Source: the human T2T-CHM13v2.0 reference genome, Homo sapiens. From it: DNA of 64,000 nucleotides. Where the stretch lies: assembly GCF_009914755.1 (NCBI RefSeq), contig NC_060935.1; one strand, 5' to 3'. This document shows, in pieces, positions 1 through 20,465 of this stretch. The notes under the pieces were generated by a model. It worked only from the letters and a program-made list of their open reading frames with translations. It had not been told where the DNA came from and did no database searches. The position numbers were made by a program, and so were the translations under genes. Positions within the stretch are counted from its first letter, which is position 1; the number at the start of each line of letters is the position of its first letter.

Positions 1-257
<257 letters not shown>

Positions 258-445
258 TCAAGTAGGTAGCCTCTGGAAAACTCCATTGTATATCTAAGAA
301 TAAGAAAGAAAAATGGCAAGTAGTGTCTTAAAACACTGCTAGAAGACTGTTTTAATCTCACGTACTCTCTAAAAGGTTCTCGGGATCCCCAGGAGAGTCC
401 TCAGACTACATTAACCACTGCTTTCAAGTTTAATGTTAAAAATCA

Positions 446-1335
<890 letters not shown>

Positions 1336-1814
1336 GATTTAGGTAAAAGACGGTGGTCAAGAGAATGTTTATCTGGCCAAGAAAAATAGAAGCTAATGGG
1401 TAGCTTCAGAAGTTAGGTTTCCTTGCAGACTTTAAAAAAAAAAAGGTGGGGGTGGGGCACACAAAACAAGCCAACTAAATTTGCATATCTGTATTGAAGG
1501 CCTAGAATTGTGGGGATCGTTTTGTTACCATAGGAGAGCCAGCCTAAGGATGGCAAAGCAAGAACGTATGTCCTCAAGGATGTCACTGAATTGCTAATTT
1601 AACCAACTCTGAGGCTGTTTTTTGTTTTAAATAAATGTCCGTATTGTTTAAGCCACCTGATTCGAGGTTTTCTGATAACATAAATTGAATACCCTCATAC
1701 ACATGGCCCATAGGTACTTCAGCAGATCCCAAGTGAATTCATTATCATCTCTCAAAAATGCATTCTTCTTTTTCAAGTACTCTGGTCAATGACAGGACCA
1801 GCTCCAAAAAGCTA

Positions 1815-2268
1815 AAACCCCCAAATGTCCATGTTCTAATCCCTTGAATTTGTGAATGATACCTTTATGGCTTTGCAGATGTGATGAAATATCTTGGAAT
1901 GGGGAGATTATCCCAGATTACCCAGGTGGGCCCTAAATACAGTCACAAGTCTCCTTATACAAGGAAGGCAGATGTAGACTTGGCACACACAGGAGAAGGT
2001 GAAAAGTGGGGAAGAGGAGGTGGTGTAGCAACGTGAAGACCAGTGATGAATGATATAGTCACAAGATGAATATGCCTGCAGCCCACATAAGCTGCAAGAG
2101 GCAAGGAATGGTTTCTCTCCTAGATCCTTCGGAGGGAAGGAGCACTTGCCAACATCTTGATCTCAACCCAGTTATGATTATTTCAAGCTTCTGTGAGGAA
2201 ATTACTTCGTTGTTTTAAGCCATCTAATTTGTGATAATTAATTACAACAGCCACAGAAAACTAATACA
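1815..2268 (+). mobile_element. MLT1-type MaLR solo LTR
   Basis: MLT1 motifs (CTTTGCAGATGTGAT, GGGAGATTATCC, TGTTTTAAGCCA, CTAATACA end); 5' boundary approximate. Confidence 0.8.
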
Positions 2269-2589
2269 ATTTCTCTTCCCCTTTTCCTCCTAACACAGAC
2301 CTGGTCACCAAGACCTATCTCAAATCCATCCCTTCCTTTCTCCACTGCCACTGCCTCTGCCTCTGCCTTGGACTACTGAAACAGCATCCTGATTGATTTC
2401 CTTGCCTTCAGTCTCACCGGCCTTATATTAATCTTTACTGTTATTTAAACTGTCTCTAAAATACAATTATCTGAGTCCAGACACTTATTAGCCCACAGCT
2501 TGATAATCACGCTGAACTATCAACAGTACTTGGTACTTTTCAGTACTATCCTACACTCTATCACATCTGACATGGACTGATTTAAATAC

Positions 2590-2715
2590 ATAAAATCCTT
2601 GAGATCTGGCAGAACTATTATTATCTCCCATTACATTGATGGGGAAATTGAGGCTCAGAGAATTAAATGACTTGGCTAAGCTTACAGGGCTAGTAACAGC
2701 AACTTATATCCTGAT
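2590..2715 (+). mobile_element. MIR fragment
   Basis: MIR core CCCATT...GATGGGGAAATTGAGGCTCAGAG...TGACTTG. Confidence 0.75.
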
Positions 2716-2974
2716 GGTAAACTTTCTCGCTATTTTATAATCTCTCTATTATGCTTTTAGATACTTTAGGCTGCTATCTCTCCCTCCCTGCTCTGCAAAA
2801 TGAACTCTTTGCCCTAAACTGCTTTTGACTCATCATTTTCCATATGTATCATACATATTCCCACTCTCCCAGCTCTGGTCCCTTTTTGGAATTCCCTCCT
2901 CACTGATCTCCACAGGTCAAATTCTACTTTATTTTGTTTTCCCTTCTAAGCTAAATGTCAGGAAAGCCTTTGTT

Positions 2975-3273
2975 GTTTTTTTTTTTGAGACGGAGTCTCA
3001 TTCTGTTGCCCAGGCTGGAGTGCAGTGGTGCAATCTTGGCTCTTGAATTGCTTGAACCTCTGCCTCCCGGATTCAAGCAATTCTCGTGCCTCAGCTTCCT
3101 GAGTAGCTGGGATTATAGGCGCGTGCCACCATACCCAGCTAATTTTTGTATTTTTAGTAGAGACAGGGTTTCACTATGTTGGCCAGGCTGGTCTCGAGCT
3201 CCTGACCTTGGGATCCGCCCACCTCGGCCTCCCAAAGTGCTGGGATTACAGGTGTGAGCCACCGCGCCCGGCC
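2975..3273 (-). mobile_element. AluS
   Basis: Poly-T followed by reverse-complement Alu. Confidence 0.95.
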
Positions 3274-3624
3274 AGCCTTCCATTTTTATGTCACTTTCAG
3301 ATGTACTTTCAAATATATTCTTTGGATCTTAAAATCTTAATGAAACTAAAGATGAGAAAAATAAAGATTAGAGAAAATATGGCCTAACAGGGATTCAAAT
3401 TCAGAGCCTCTGACTTTAATTAAATCCTATCCTCATTTTATCATTAAACCAAGCTGTCTTTCTCTACACTGAACTCTGGTGGTAGTTCTGTTGGGACTCA
3501 CTGATCCTGTGTTTGATAGCATATCAATTTAGGTTTACCAGGGTATACACTCTAATCTCTCCAAGGATTATTCCAATATATTTATGGAATCAATCACATC
3601 TGTACTTCCAGCATAGGTTCTTTA

Positions 3625-4088
3625 AAAATCACTTTATGAATGCTTTCCTGATATAATTCATGTACAATAAACTGCATAGTGGACAATTTGATGAGTTATA
3701 ACATATATATCACCACCACAATCAAGATAAGGAATACTGCCACAATTTCTGTAAGTTTCTTTGCAGTCTCACCTTCCTGTCCTTGCCAGGAATTATCAAT
3801 GTGCTTTACACTTTAGTAGCTCCATTTTCTAGAATTTTATATAAATGGGATTATATAGTATGTACTCTTTTTTTCTGGCTTCTTTCATGGACATAATTAT
3901 TCTGAGATTCATCCATGCTGTTGAGCGTAAGGATTTTTGTTCTTTTTATTGCTGAATACTATTTCATTGCATGGATGTAACACAATCTGTTTATCATTTA
4001 ATTGTTGATAGACTTGAGTTGTTTGCAGTTGGGCTATTACGAATAAAGCCGCTATGCACATTTGTGTACAAGATTTGTGTGGACAAAC
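3625..4088 (-). mobile_element. Old L1M 3' fragment
   Basis: Antisense L1 3' motifs (ATAAATGGGATTATATAGTATG, GAGATTCATCCATG, GGGCTATT..AATAAAGC). Confidence 0.75.
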
Positions 4089-4991
4089 CAGCAGATGTTC
4101 TTAATTATTTCTGTTTCTATACCATTTATGTGTTATACTCTTAATATGGCTTATTATACTGCAGTGATTCCATAAAAAAAGTCACTATCCACCAGTATAA
4201 TACTTTACATACAAGTGATCAGTAAGTAGTTTACAGATTTTGCTCACCCATGGGCCTAATGAGACTTGACAGAAAAGGCTGAGCCTTGTCTATATTCTAT
4301 AACTGCCTAAAAGAGTACATACACTGGTATGCAACAAGATCATAAGAAAAAAATTAAAAATTAAAAAAATAAATAAAAGTGTGCATTGAAAAATTGCTGA
4401 ATAAATGTTCTTGATTTACGGTGCTTATTTTTGGGATAAGCGTATTATTCTTTTATGTTCAATCACATTATTATTAAAAGCTTAATTGCAAATGATAAAC
4501 AAAACATATAAATTAGTATTTTAAGAGTGTAACATACACAACATACAAACGTTTTGCAGGAAACCTGTTAAAACAATTGATTTAGGAATGGAAGAACCAC
4601 AGCTCAACGTAGAAACTTCATGTTAAACTTACATGGAAAATGTATACGTGTACTCAAACTAGTGAAAATTACAACTCACCCACCCCACCAAAAGTTATTA
4701 AAATAAGACGTTTCTCACTATTAAGACTCTTTTTTACTTTACAAATAGAGCAGTACCTCATATTTTATATTTTGCTCTAAACTTGTCACTCTTATCAATC
4801 TAAGTAAAGGCATTTTCCCATGATATGAACCAAGTTTTTAGATTAGATTTACATGAGAACTCATATTTGGGAACATGCTTTTTCTTTTTCTGAACACTAC
4901 TGAAAGTGTTTTGTGATCTTTATTTCACACTAGTTTACTTCCCTTAAGTGTTTTTTAAGTTTTCAAGGAGAATTTCAAATGGACTACTTTA

Positions 4992-5661
<670 letters not shown>

Positions 5662-5951
5662 CCATTTTATAACTAGTTGTTTTTCAATGAAACAAAGATT
5701 CTAATCATTTTACTCTATGAATAAGCCCTTTCTAGTTCAGAGATTTGAAAAAGTAATGGAGAGTTATCAATAAATCAATTAAATCAGAAACATTAAATGA
5801 TTAGAATTTCCTCTCCTTGTTAGTAGTCACCAAGTCATGCTGATTGTTACTTTCTACATCAAGAGAAGATAAATTAATGTACATTGAATAACTCCCACCA
5901 AGTGTCACTATCTCACTCTGGACTCACAAACTCTGGTAAAAGGATTTTTTA

Positions 5952-6284
<333 letters not shown>

Positions 6285-6374
6285 TTAAATGAGGAGACAG
6301 AAAATCAAATTAAATTGTCCATTTCCCTATAACTAAGTTAACAAAACCAGGATTTACACAAAGGTCTATATGAC

Positions 6375-6411
<37 letters not shown>

Positions 6412-6465
6412 CAATTCCCAGTTATTTCTCCCCACCCCATTATGTTGTTGTTTATAATAATTTAA

Positions 6466-6591
6466 CCCATTTATGCCAGAGGTTGCAATTATTTGAATTT
6501 TTGCAATCAGACCTTAGCGATGACCTTGAGCAGGACAGAAATAACTCCCACATGCTTAGTGTTCCAATAATGGAACGGTAGGCAAAACAGG
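6466..6591 (-). mobile_element. MER85 piggyBac-derived MITE
   Basis: TTAA TSDs at 6462-6465 and 6592-6595; TIR CCCATTTATGCC at one end, degenerate at the other; internal palindrome GTTCCAATAATGGAAC at 6561-6576; matches recalled MER85 consensus. Confidence 0.9.
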
Positions 6592-6838
6592 TTAATCAGA
6601 GTACTTAAGGGATATCTGCTATTCACATCATATTATTTTATCTAGAAAGAAAGACTGAATAGAGGGCCTATCTATCTTATTCATCCATTTGGCTCCTTAC
6701 ATGAGCAAGTAAAATTCAAGTCAGTTTTAGTCAACTAGCATTTAAAGAGCTCCTTATTTTCCCTAAAGAGTTTTTAAGCGTCCACACCAAGTACTCAAGA
6801 GTTCAACTGCATATACGCTTTAAAATATGTATACAAGT

Positions 6839-9226
6839 GGAAGCAACGTCAGCCCCGAGAACTGAGTAGCTGTACTGTGTGACGTCGTGATCTAGGCACT
6901 TCTTGGACAGCAATGTCTCACCTGCCAATGAAAAACTCCTGCGCAAGAAGATCAAGAAGCAGAAACTCAAACTGCGGCACCAGAACCTAAAGTTGCAGGG
7001 GCCTCAAATCTGACCCTGTCAGAAACTCAAAATGCAGATGTGTCTGAAGAAACAATGAGAGGTAGAAGGGTTAAAAAATGAAAACATTCTATGAATGTGG
7101 GCTTATCAGAAGCTCCAAATGGAGACATGTCTCAAGAGGCAGTGGAAGATATAAAACCTAAAAAATCTCCCCAGAAATCCACCGTATTAACCAATGGAGA
7201 AGCAGCAATGCAGTCTCCCAATTCAGAATCAAAAGAGAAAAATGGTGAATGATGCTGGGACTGATACAAAAAAAGCAAAAACTGAAAACAAAGAGGAATC
7301 TGAGAAGAAAGTGCCGAGACTCCTAAAGAAACAGAAAATAACGTAGAGAAGCCAGATAATGATGAAGATGACAGTGAGGTGCCCAGCCTGCCCCTGGGAC
7401 TCACAGGAGCATTTGAGGATACTTCATTTGCTTCTCTACATAATATTGTCAATGAAAACTCTGAAGTTAAAAAAAAAAATGGGTTTTACCAACATGACTG
7501 AAATTCAGCATGAAAGTATCAGACCACTTCTGGAAGGCAGGGATCTTCTAGCAGCTGCAAAAACAGGCAGTGGTAAAACCCTGGCTTTTCTCAAACCTGC
7601 AGTAGAACTCATTGTTAAAATTCATGCCCAGGAATGCATCCGGAGTCCTTGTTCTCTCACCTACTAGAGAATTAGCCATGCAAATTTTTGGTGTTCTTAA
7701 GGAGCTAAAGACTCACCACGTGCATACCTATGGGTTGATAATGGGTGGCAGTAACGGATCTGCTGAAGCACAGAAACTTGCTAATGGGATCAACATCACT
7801 GTGGCCACACCAGGCCGTCTGCTGTATCATATGCAGAATATCCCAGGGTTTATGTATAAAAACCTGCAGTGTCTGGTTATTGATGAAGCTGATCGTATCT
7901 TGGATGTTGGGTATGAAGAGGAATTAAAGCAAATTATTAAACTTTTGCCAACATGTAGACAGACTATGCTCTTTTCTGCCACCCAAACTCGAAAAGTTTT
8001 GAAGGTTGGCAAGGATTTCTCTGAAAAAAGGAGCCATTGTATGTTAGTGTTGATGATGATAAAGCTAATACAACAGTGGATGGTCTTGAGCAGGGATATG
8101 TTGTTTGTCCTTCTGAAAAGAGATTCCTTCTGCTCTTTACATTCCTTAAGAAGAACCGAAAGAAGCTCGTGGTCTTCTTTTCATCTTGTATGTCCGTGAA
8201 ATACCACTATGAGTTGCTGAACTACATTGATTTGCCCGTCTTGGCCATTCATGGAAAGCAAAAGCAAAATAAATGTACGACCACATTCTTCCAGTTCTGC
8301 AACACAGATTTGGGAACACATTGTGTACGGATGTGGTGGCAAGAGGACTGGACATTCCTCAAGTCAACTGGATTGTTCACTATGACCATCCGGATGACCC
8401 TAAGGAATATATTCATCGTGTAGGTAGAACAGCCAGAGGCCTAAATGGGAGAAGACATGCCTTGCCCATTTTGGGCCCAGAATAATTGGGTTTTCTTCTA
8501 CTTGAAACAATCCAAGGTTCCATTAAGTGAATTTGACTTTTCCTGGTCTAAAATTTCTGACATTCAGTCTCAGCTTGAGAAATTGATTGAAAAGAACTAC
8601 TTTCTTTGTAAGTCAGCCCAGGAAGCATATAAGTCATACATATGAGGTTATGATTCCCATTCTCTGAAACAGATCTTTAATGTAAATAACTTAAATTTGC
8701 CTCAAGTTGCTCTGCCATTTGATTTCAAAGTGCCTGCCTTTGTTGATCTGAATGTCAATGGCAATGAAGGCAAGCAGAAAAAGCGAGGAGGTGGTGGTGG
8801 ATTTGACTACCAGAAAATCAAGAAAGTTGAGAAGTCCAAAATCTTTAAACACATTAGCAAGAAATCATCCGATAGCAGGCAGCTCTCTCATTGAAGACAT
8901 GCCTTTCTTTCATCTTGAATAACTGTTCTAAAATGAATTTTTTCCCCTTGATTTAATAAGATTTTTGTAGCCTTTAGAATTTAAACTTATCTAACAAGAG
9001 CATAAATTGACTTGGGTTGCAAGCACTGAGCACTGTAACTTCTATCAAGTCTCTTTTTATTTTTGGGATATAAAACAGGCTCTAATTTTCTTGGTTGCCC
9101 AAGAGCAGAGCAAGAATATTAGGTCTTTCTTGTGATTATATAATATTTTAATTTTAAATATCCCTCCCTCATACACACAAATGTATGTTACTGTTTTAAT
9201 ATAATTAAATTTTTGTACCTTTTAAA
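6839..9226 (+). pseudogene. DDX18: DDX18 (DEAD-box RNA helicase) processed pseudogene, full length
   Basis: Intronless. ATG at 6913 (MSHLPMK..); motifs [27 protein letters not shown] and HRVGRTARG spread over frameshifted ORFs; C-terminus ..KKSSDSRQLSH with stop at 8892-8894; ATTAAA at 9204-9209; 17-bp TSD AAAATATGTA(T/C)ACAAGT at 6822-6838 and 9227-9243. Confidence 0.97.
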
Positions 9227-9297
9227 AAAATATGTACACAAGTACTGTGGCTTTCGCCAACTTACCTCTGCACAAGCAGTTAACTTTATATATGTCT

Positions 9298-9678
9298 TGG
9301 TATGGGGTTGAATTGGGTTCTCTAAAAAGATACGTTGAGGTCCTAAACCCCAGTGCCTCAGAATGGGACCTTATTTGGAAATGGAGTCTTTATAGAGGTA
9401 ATCAAGTTCAAGGGAGATCATTAAGGTGTCCTCGTATAAAGGGGACATTTGTAGACAGACATGCACATAGGGAGGATGCCCCATGAAGACAAGCCAAGGC
9501 ACTACCAGAAGCAAAGAGACGTGGAACAAGAGATGCTTCCCTCATGGTCCTCAGGAGGAACCAACCCTACCTATGCCTGATTTCGAACTTCAAGGCTCCA
9601 CAACTATGAGACAAAAATTTCTGTTAACAGCCACCTACTTCGTCATAGTTTGTTACGGCACCCTAGCAAACTAATACA
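9298..9678 (+). mobile_element. MLT1 (B/C-like) solo LTR
   Basis: GGGTTGAATTG start, CCTTATTTGGAAAT, ends GCAAACTAATACA. Confidence 0.85.
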
Positions 9679-9987
9679 TGTTGCTTTTTAATAAACTAAA
9701 TGTTTTGACTAAAAGTCACAGATTGTCAGAAGAGATAAAAGCATTCTCAAATATATGTTTTTTATAAGAAACACACTTTAAATAAAAAAAGACAGATATG
9801 GAAGAACATATATCATGCAAACAGTACGTACAAGAAAGCTGGAGTTGGCTTACTTTAATATCAGATAAAGCAGACTTAAGACAAAGTATTATCAAAGATA
9901 GAGGTGAGTAATAAAAAATGTGTATGCTTCAAAATAAAACACTGACAAAATTAAAGGGAAAGATAATTCCACAATAATAATTGATGA

Positions 9988-10282
9988 TTTTTTTTTTTTG
10001 AGATAGGGTCTTACTCTGTTGCCTAGATTAGAGTGCAGAGGCACAATCACAACACACACAGCCTGGACCTCCCGAACTCAAGCAATCCTCCCACCTTAGC
10101 TTCCTGAATAGCTGGGACTACAGGCATGCACCACCTCACCCAGATGATTTTTGTATTTTCTTGTAGAGACAGGGTTTCATTATGTTGCCCAGGCTGGTCT
10201 CAAACTCCTGGGGCTCAACGAATCCACCCACCTTAGCTTCCCAAAGTGCTGAGATTACAGGTGTGAGCCACCATGCCCGGCC
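9988..10282 (-). mobile_element. AluJ
   Basis: Reverse-complement Alu after poly-T. Confidence 0.92.
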
Positions 10283-10291
10283 AAAAGTTGA

Positions 10292-10601
<310 letters not shown>

Positions 10602-10646
10602 TAGTTGAAGATTTTAATATCACCTCTCTGCAATTATAGAACTGAA

Positions 10647-10695
10647 CCACACAGACACACAGACACCCAGACACACACACACACACACACACACA
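10647..10695. repeat. (CA)n microsatellite, interrupted
   Basis: CACACAGACACACAGAC..(AC)n. Confidence 0.9.
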
Positions 10696-10704
10696 AAACC
10701 ATCA

Positions 10705-10947
<243 letters not shown>

Positions 10948-11239
10948 TCATCGTCACCACATTGACATTTATAGTACAGAATATACATTCTTTTCAAGTG
11001 CAAAGTGGTATGTTCACCAAGAAAGATCATATGCTGGGCCATAAGACAAATCTTAATAAATTTTAAAGGAATGAATGCACAGAGTATGTTCTTTCACCAA
11101 AACAGAAAAAAATAAGTAATAAAATATCAAGAAAGCCCTAAATATCTGGAAATTAAACAATGCACTTCTAAATAATAACCCATGGGCTGGTCAAATAAGG
11201 AATCAACAAAGGAAACTGGAATATATTTTTAACTGTAAT

Positions 11240-11426
<187 letters not shown>

Positions 11427-12409
11427 TCAATGACTTACCACCTCATACCCATTTGAATGTCTAATGTAATAGTAAAAAAAAAAAACAAAATAACAAGTCT
11501 TGGCAAGGATGTGGAGAAATTAAAATCCTTGTGCATGGTTGGTGGGAATGTAAAATGGCATAGCCACTATAGAAAACAGTATAGAGGGGCTCCTCAAAAA
11601 ATAAAAAATAGAAATTACCATATGATCCAGCAATTCCATTTCTGGGTAGATACCCAAAAGAAGTGAAAGCAAGGACACACCAGTATTTGTACATTAATAT
11701 TCAAAGCAGCATTATTCACAACAGCCAAAAGGTAGAAGCAACCCAAATGTCCACAAGAGATGAATGAATTAATGAGATGTGGCATAAATACACAATGGAA
11801 TATTATTCAGCCTTAAAAAGGAAGGAAATTCAGATACATGCTGCAACACAAACAAACCTTGAAGACATTATGCGAGTGAAATAAACCAATAATTAAGGAA
11901 CAAATACCATATGATTCCGATTACACGATGTACTTAGAGGACACTCAAATTCAGAGACAGAAAAGTAGAAGGGTGGTTGCCTGGGGATGTGGGGAGACAG
12001 AGATGGGGAGTTACTGTTTAACGAGCACAGTTACACTTCTGAAAGATGAAGAGAGTTCTGAAAGATGGGTGGTGGTGATGGTTGTATAATAATGTGAATG
12101 TACTTAATGCCACTGAACTGTACCCTTAAAAATGGTTATGATGGCAAATTTTATGTTACGTGTATTTCACCACACACACACACACACAAATCAATGGTCT
12201 ATGTGTCTACCTTAGCTAGAAAAAGAGCAAAGAAAACCCAAAATAAATAGACAAAACAAAGCACAGACATAAATTAAACAGAGAAGCCATAGGAAAAATT
12301 AAAGCCAAAACTTGGTTCTCTGAAAAAAATAAGCAAAATTGATAAACCTTTAGCTAGACCAATTAAGAAAAAAAAGAGGAAAAAAGTGAAGGCGGGGTAT
12401 CAGAAGGGA

Positions 12410-13100
12410 AACCTGTGAAAGAGATAGATACACAGAATAACCAGCATAGTAGGAGTTACTTCAGAAACCAAGGGTACAAGGTATTTCAAGGAGTGGTGAT
12501 TGACAGTGTCAAATGCTGCTGACTGGTCAAATAAGATAGAAACCAAAGTCTATTTGATTTAGCCACAGAGGAATCACTGATGACCTTATAATAGCATATA
12601 AGAAAAAAGTAGAATTAGAAGCAAGATTGCCATAGAAAAAGAAAGAATATACAGACATGAGGAAGTGAAAACTGTGAGTAAAGATAATTCATCATAAAGT
12701 AGCTAGGTTCTAAAAATAGAGCAAGGGGGTTAGCTGGACAAAAGTAAGGGGTCAGGCGAGGATACTGATTTTTTACAGAATGGACAAGCTAGAAAATGTT
12801 TTTTTCCCTTGTTACTCTCTCAGATTTTTTTTTTATTAAAGTAAAATATAAACAGAATGTTTTGATTTTTGTTGGAAAAGACACAGAAAAGAGGGAAAGG
12901 TTAAAGATACAGGAAACGGGTGATAACAGATGGTATAAGGTCCCTAGATAGGTAGAAGGAAATGGGATTCAGAGGATGAGTGAAAGGATTAGCCTTAAAC
13001 AGGCGGAGGCCCAGGCTGGGGAGATGGGGAGAGGAAAGAAAGAGTACAGCTATAGTTAAGTTTATTGGTGGCGTGGTGAGAAGTAGCTAGAGTTCTTGTC
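12410..13100 (-). mobile_element. L2 fragment
   Basis: Antisense L2 motif ACAGTGTCAAATGCTGCTGA..GGTCAAATAAGAT..GATTTAGC..TGATGACCTT. Confidence 0.7.
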
Positions 13101-13207
13101 TGGCTTTGGCTTTACTCCTCTTTCAAGTTTTAAGAGGCAGACTCCTGAGAGAAAAGATGATGAAGTAGAATTTTTAAGAAAATGAAACATGAAAAATAAC
13201 ACGTGGA

Positions 13208-13903
<696 letters not shown>

Positions 13904-14527
13904 GTAATAATAATCATTAGTTTATAGTTAATACTTACATAGTACCCAATATGTGCCAAGTATTGTTCTAAGTACGCTTTACATATTATGTAACTTAATT
14001 TTCACATAAACTTTTGTGATAGCTATCACCAGGTATCTTCATTTACCAGTGAGGAAAAGGCAGCATAGACAAGTTAAGGAACTAGCCACACAACAGGTAA
14101 CAGAGTCAAGAGTTGAACCCAGCTAGCATGCTAACTGGTGCTCCTTACACTATGCTATACTGCCTCTCAAAGTGAAGTTAGGTAAAACTAGTGGCGGAAA
14201 GTAGAAAGAAGGAAAAAACAATACCAAGTGGACACAAAGACAAAGAGAAGCACTGATTCCTGTAAATAAAAATAATTCTCTTGGAAGAATGGGTTAGTTT
14301 TATACAGCATGTGAAGTGCACCAAAGACAAAAGAAACCGTCCTGATTCAGTAATGGAAAGCCACAAAAAGGAAATGAGCAGTGGGAAGGTCCAAAGCAGA
14401 AAGTAAGAAGAGCAAAGAGCCAAAGAAAAAGTAAAACCCAGGAAAAATGTAAAAAGGAGAAAAAGCTGTAAGTAGAAGAAACACATACACACAACAGTAA
14501 CCACCACCAGTAAAAAAGTGAAATGAG

Positions 14528-14839
<312 letters not shown>

Positions 14840-15189
14840 TTAAAGCAAAGTAAGTAAATCTAAGTCCCTGAAAAACTTATTCTTTATTTTCTTATCAAAG
14901 AGCACGATTATTTAATAAAATACACTATTGGATATGCTTATCTGCCAAGAATAGGCAAGGATCAGATACCTAACAGGTTAAGATTGGAATAAAAGAAAAT
15001 AATTTTTAAAAGGAATCATCTAAAGTTGTTTCAGAAGCTAGAGGGTAGTAGTTCCACAAAAACTAGATTCCAGAGACTCACAGTCTTAGTTACACGTTGC
15101 CAAGATGTTTGTAGTTATGCTGAGTGCGTAAAAAACTATCAAAACCAAATCAATAGCAAATCACTTCAGCATTAAAAAATACATACCAA

Positions 15190-15524
<335 letters not shown>

Positions 15525-16474
15525 TCATTTAATACCTGTAGAAGGATAGCAATATCCTGAAGTAAAAGAATATCAAAATTGTAAAAAGGCCAGGTATCAA
15601 ACATCTGTAATTTTAAGTTTTTTTTTTAAAGCTATATAAGGAAAGTATTAAAAGGGAAGAATATTCAATGTGGAGACAAAGAAGGATGTTATTCTCTAAT
15701 TAATAAGCTTCAGCCACCCATTTCACTCTTGCAAGACAGAGTTATCAACGTGAAACAACATGATAATACAAGTCAGTGATTTACTCCAGGGTAAGTTATG
15801 TAAAACTGTGCCAGCCAATATCAACATTGTAACTAATAATATTAGTGAAAAAATTAATTTAACACTCAATGTGGCCTTCAAGCATAATACAAATCTAATG
15901 TATTTTTTTAATTTTTAAAGGCACACATACAATCATTATTTTAAATCCTATGGCTTGGAATATTTCTAGCTCATTGCTTAAAATGGGGTGAAGTATTTCT
16001 ACTATAAAGAACAAAGAAAAACTAATGTAACTTTTAGCTTAACAGGAGATAAATTTTAAACAATTATTCTGAAGTACCAAGGACTATCCGTTACAGTTGT
16101 GAATGTGGTAGCACTTAAAAAGCAAAAACACCCCATAACGCTTATATAGAGTGTATTCAATAGGGGTTACAAAATGTCAGGAAACCACAGGCGGAAATTT
16201 GATATATGAAATATTTATAAGAGTATTAAAAAATCATATTGGAAGGAGCTTAATTAGAAGCCTCCTAAGTAATGAGGGAACCCTCTTTACAACAGTCTTT
16301 AATGCTTGACCATTTTCAGTGATAAAAGACTAGGAAGAGTTAATAAATTTTTCAGAGGATCATCGTACACAGACATGGAGGATACAGCATGTTACTGGTT
16401 TTTACACAGCTGCCAATACTGCTTTATAATAAGAATATACATATATTTTTCTCTTTTTTAAAAAAAATATTGAT

Positions 16475-16550
16475 TTTTCCAGTGCTCTACATATTCAGAG
16501 AAACTTCTCTAGAAACAAACTATAGAAATGATCCCTGAAAGTACAGTCCT
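16475..16550 (-). pseudogene. U3 snoRNA pseudogene, 5' ~76 nt only
   Basis: Reverse complement AGGACTGTACTTTCAGGGATCATTTCTATAGTTTGTTTCTAGAGAAGTTTCTCTGAATATGTAGAGCACTGGAAAA matches the U3 5' end (AAGACTATACTTTCAGGGATCATTTCTATAG...); AAGAATATA..TATTTTT direct repeats flank it. Confidence 0.92.
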
Positions 16551-16631
16551 AAGAATATATTTTTAGTCAGTAACATTTTATTTTGAAAACTTTTAGATAC
16601 AGCAAAATTTAAAGAATTTTATACCAAGCTG

Positions 16632-18920
<2,289 letters not shown>

Positions 18921-18978
18921 ATTATAGTTGAATACCTGAATAGCCATACCTAAAGCCCACCATTAACATTCTACTGTA

Positions 18979-19304
<326 letters not shown>

Positions 19305-19432
19305 CTATCCATCCATCAATCCATCTTGATTTTTACTCTACTTTTAAAATGCCTTTTAAAGTAGTATCTAAATGCAGTTTCTGAAGCAAGGGGTCAGAAA
19401 CTCCCGCACCTATGAGAAAGGAAAATGATATA

Positions 19433-20125
<693 letters not shown>

Positions 20126-20249
20126 AATCTCTGAGGTTGTTACAGCATCAGTCATGTAGTTCCGTATTCATGGTGACTGAAAATTTATTCAATTTTTATG
20201 ACTTGTTACATTTAGTTGTGAGGTGGAGCAAAGCAGCTAAGTGCTAACT

Positions 20250-20465
20250 CTAAACAGCCTTGAATTTGAAACCTGGGTCGGCCACTTATTGTGATACTCT
20301 AGGCAAGTCATTTAATGCTTTTAGATACCAGTTTCCTTACTGCAAAATAAGATACTAGTAGCAATGTCAAAGTGTTAATGTGAGATTTAAATAAGATAAT
20401 GTATAAAATGTTTAGCACAGCTGGCATACAGAAAGGGCATAACAAATGTTAGCATTATTATCAAC
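20250..20465 (-). mobile_element. MIR
   Basis: GGCAAGTCATTTAA..CAGTTTCC..TAAATAAGATAATG..TTAGCACAG. Confidence 0.75.

Noticed and set aside
7359-8894. DEAD-box helicase ORFs as a functional gene
   Set aside because: Multiple frameshifts and stops, no introns and TSDs show a processed pseudogene
14170-14525. Purine-rich tract giving hydrophobic minus-strand ORFs
   Set aside because: Low-complexity A/G-rich sequence; the Phe/Leu-rich translation is compositional
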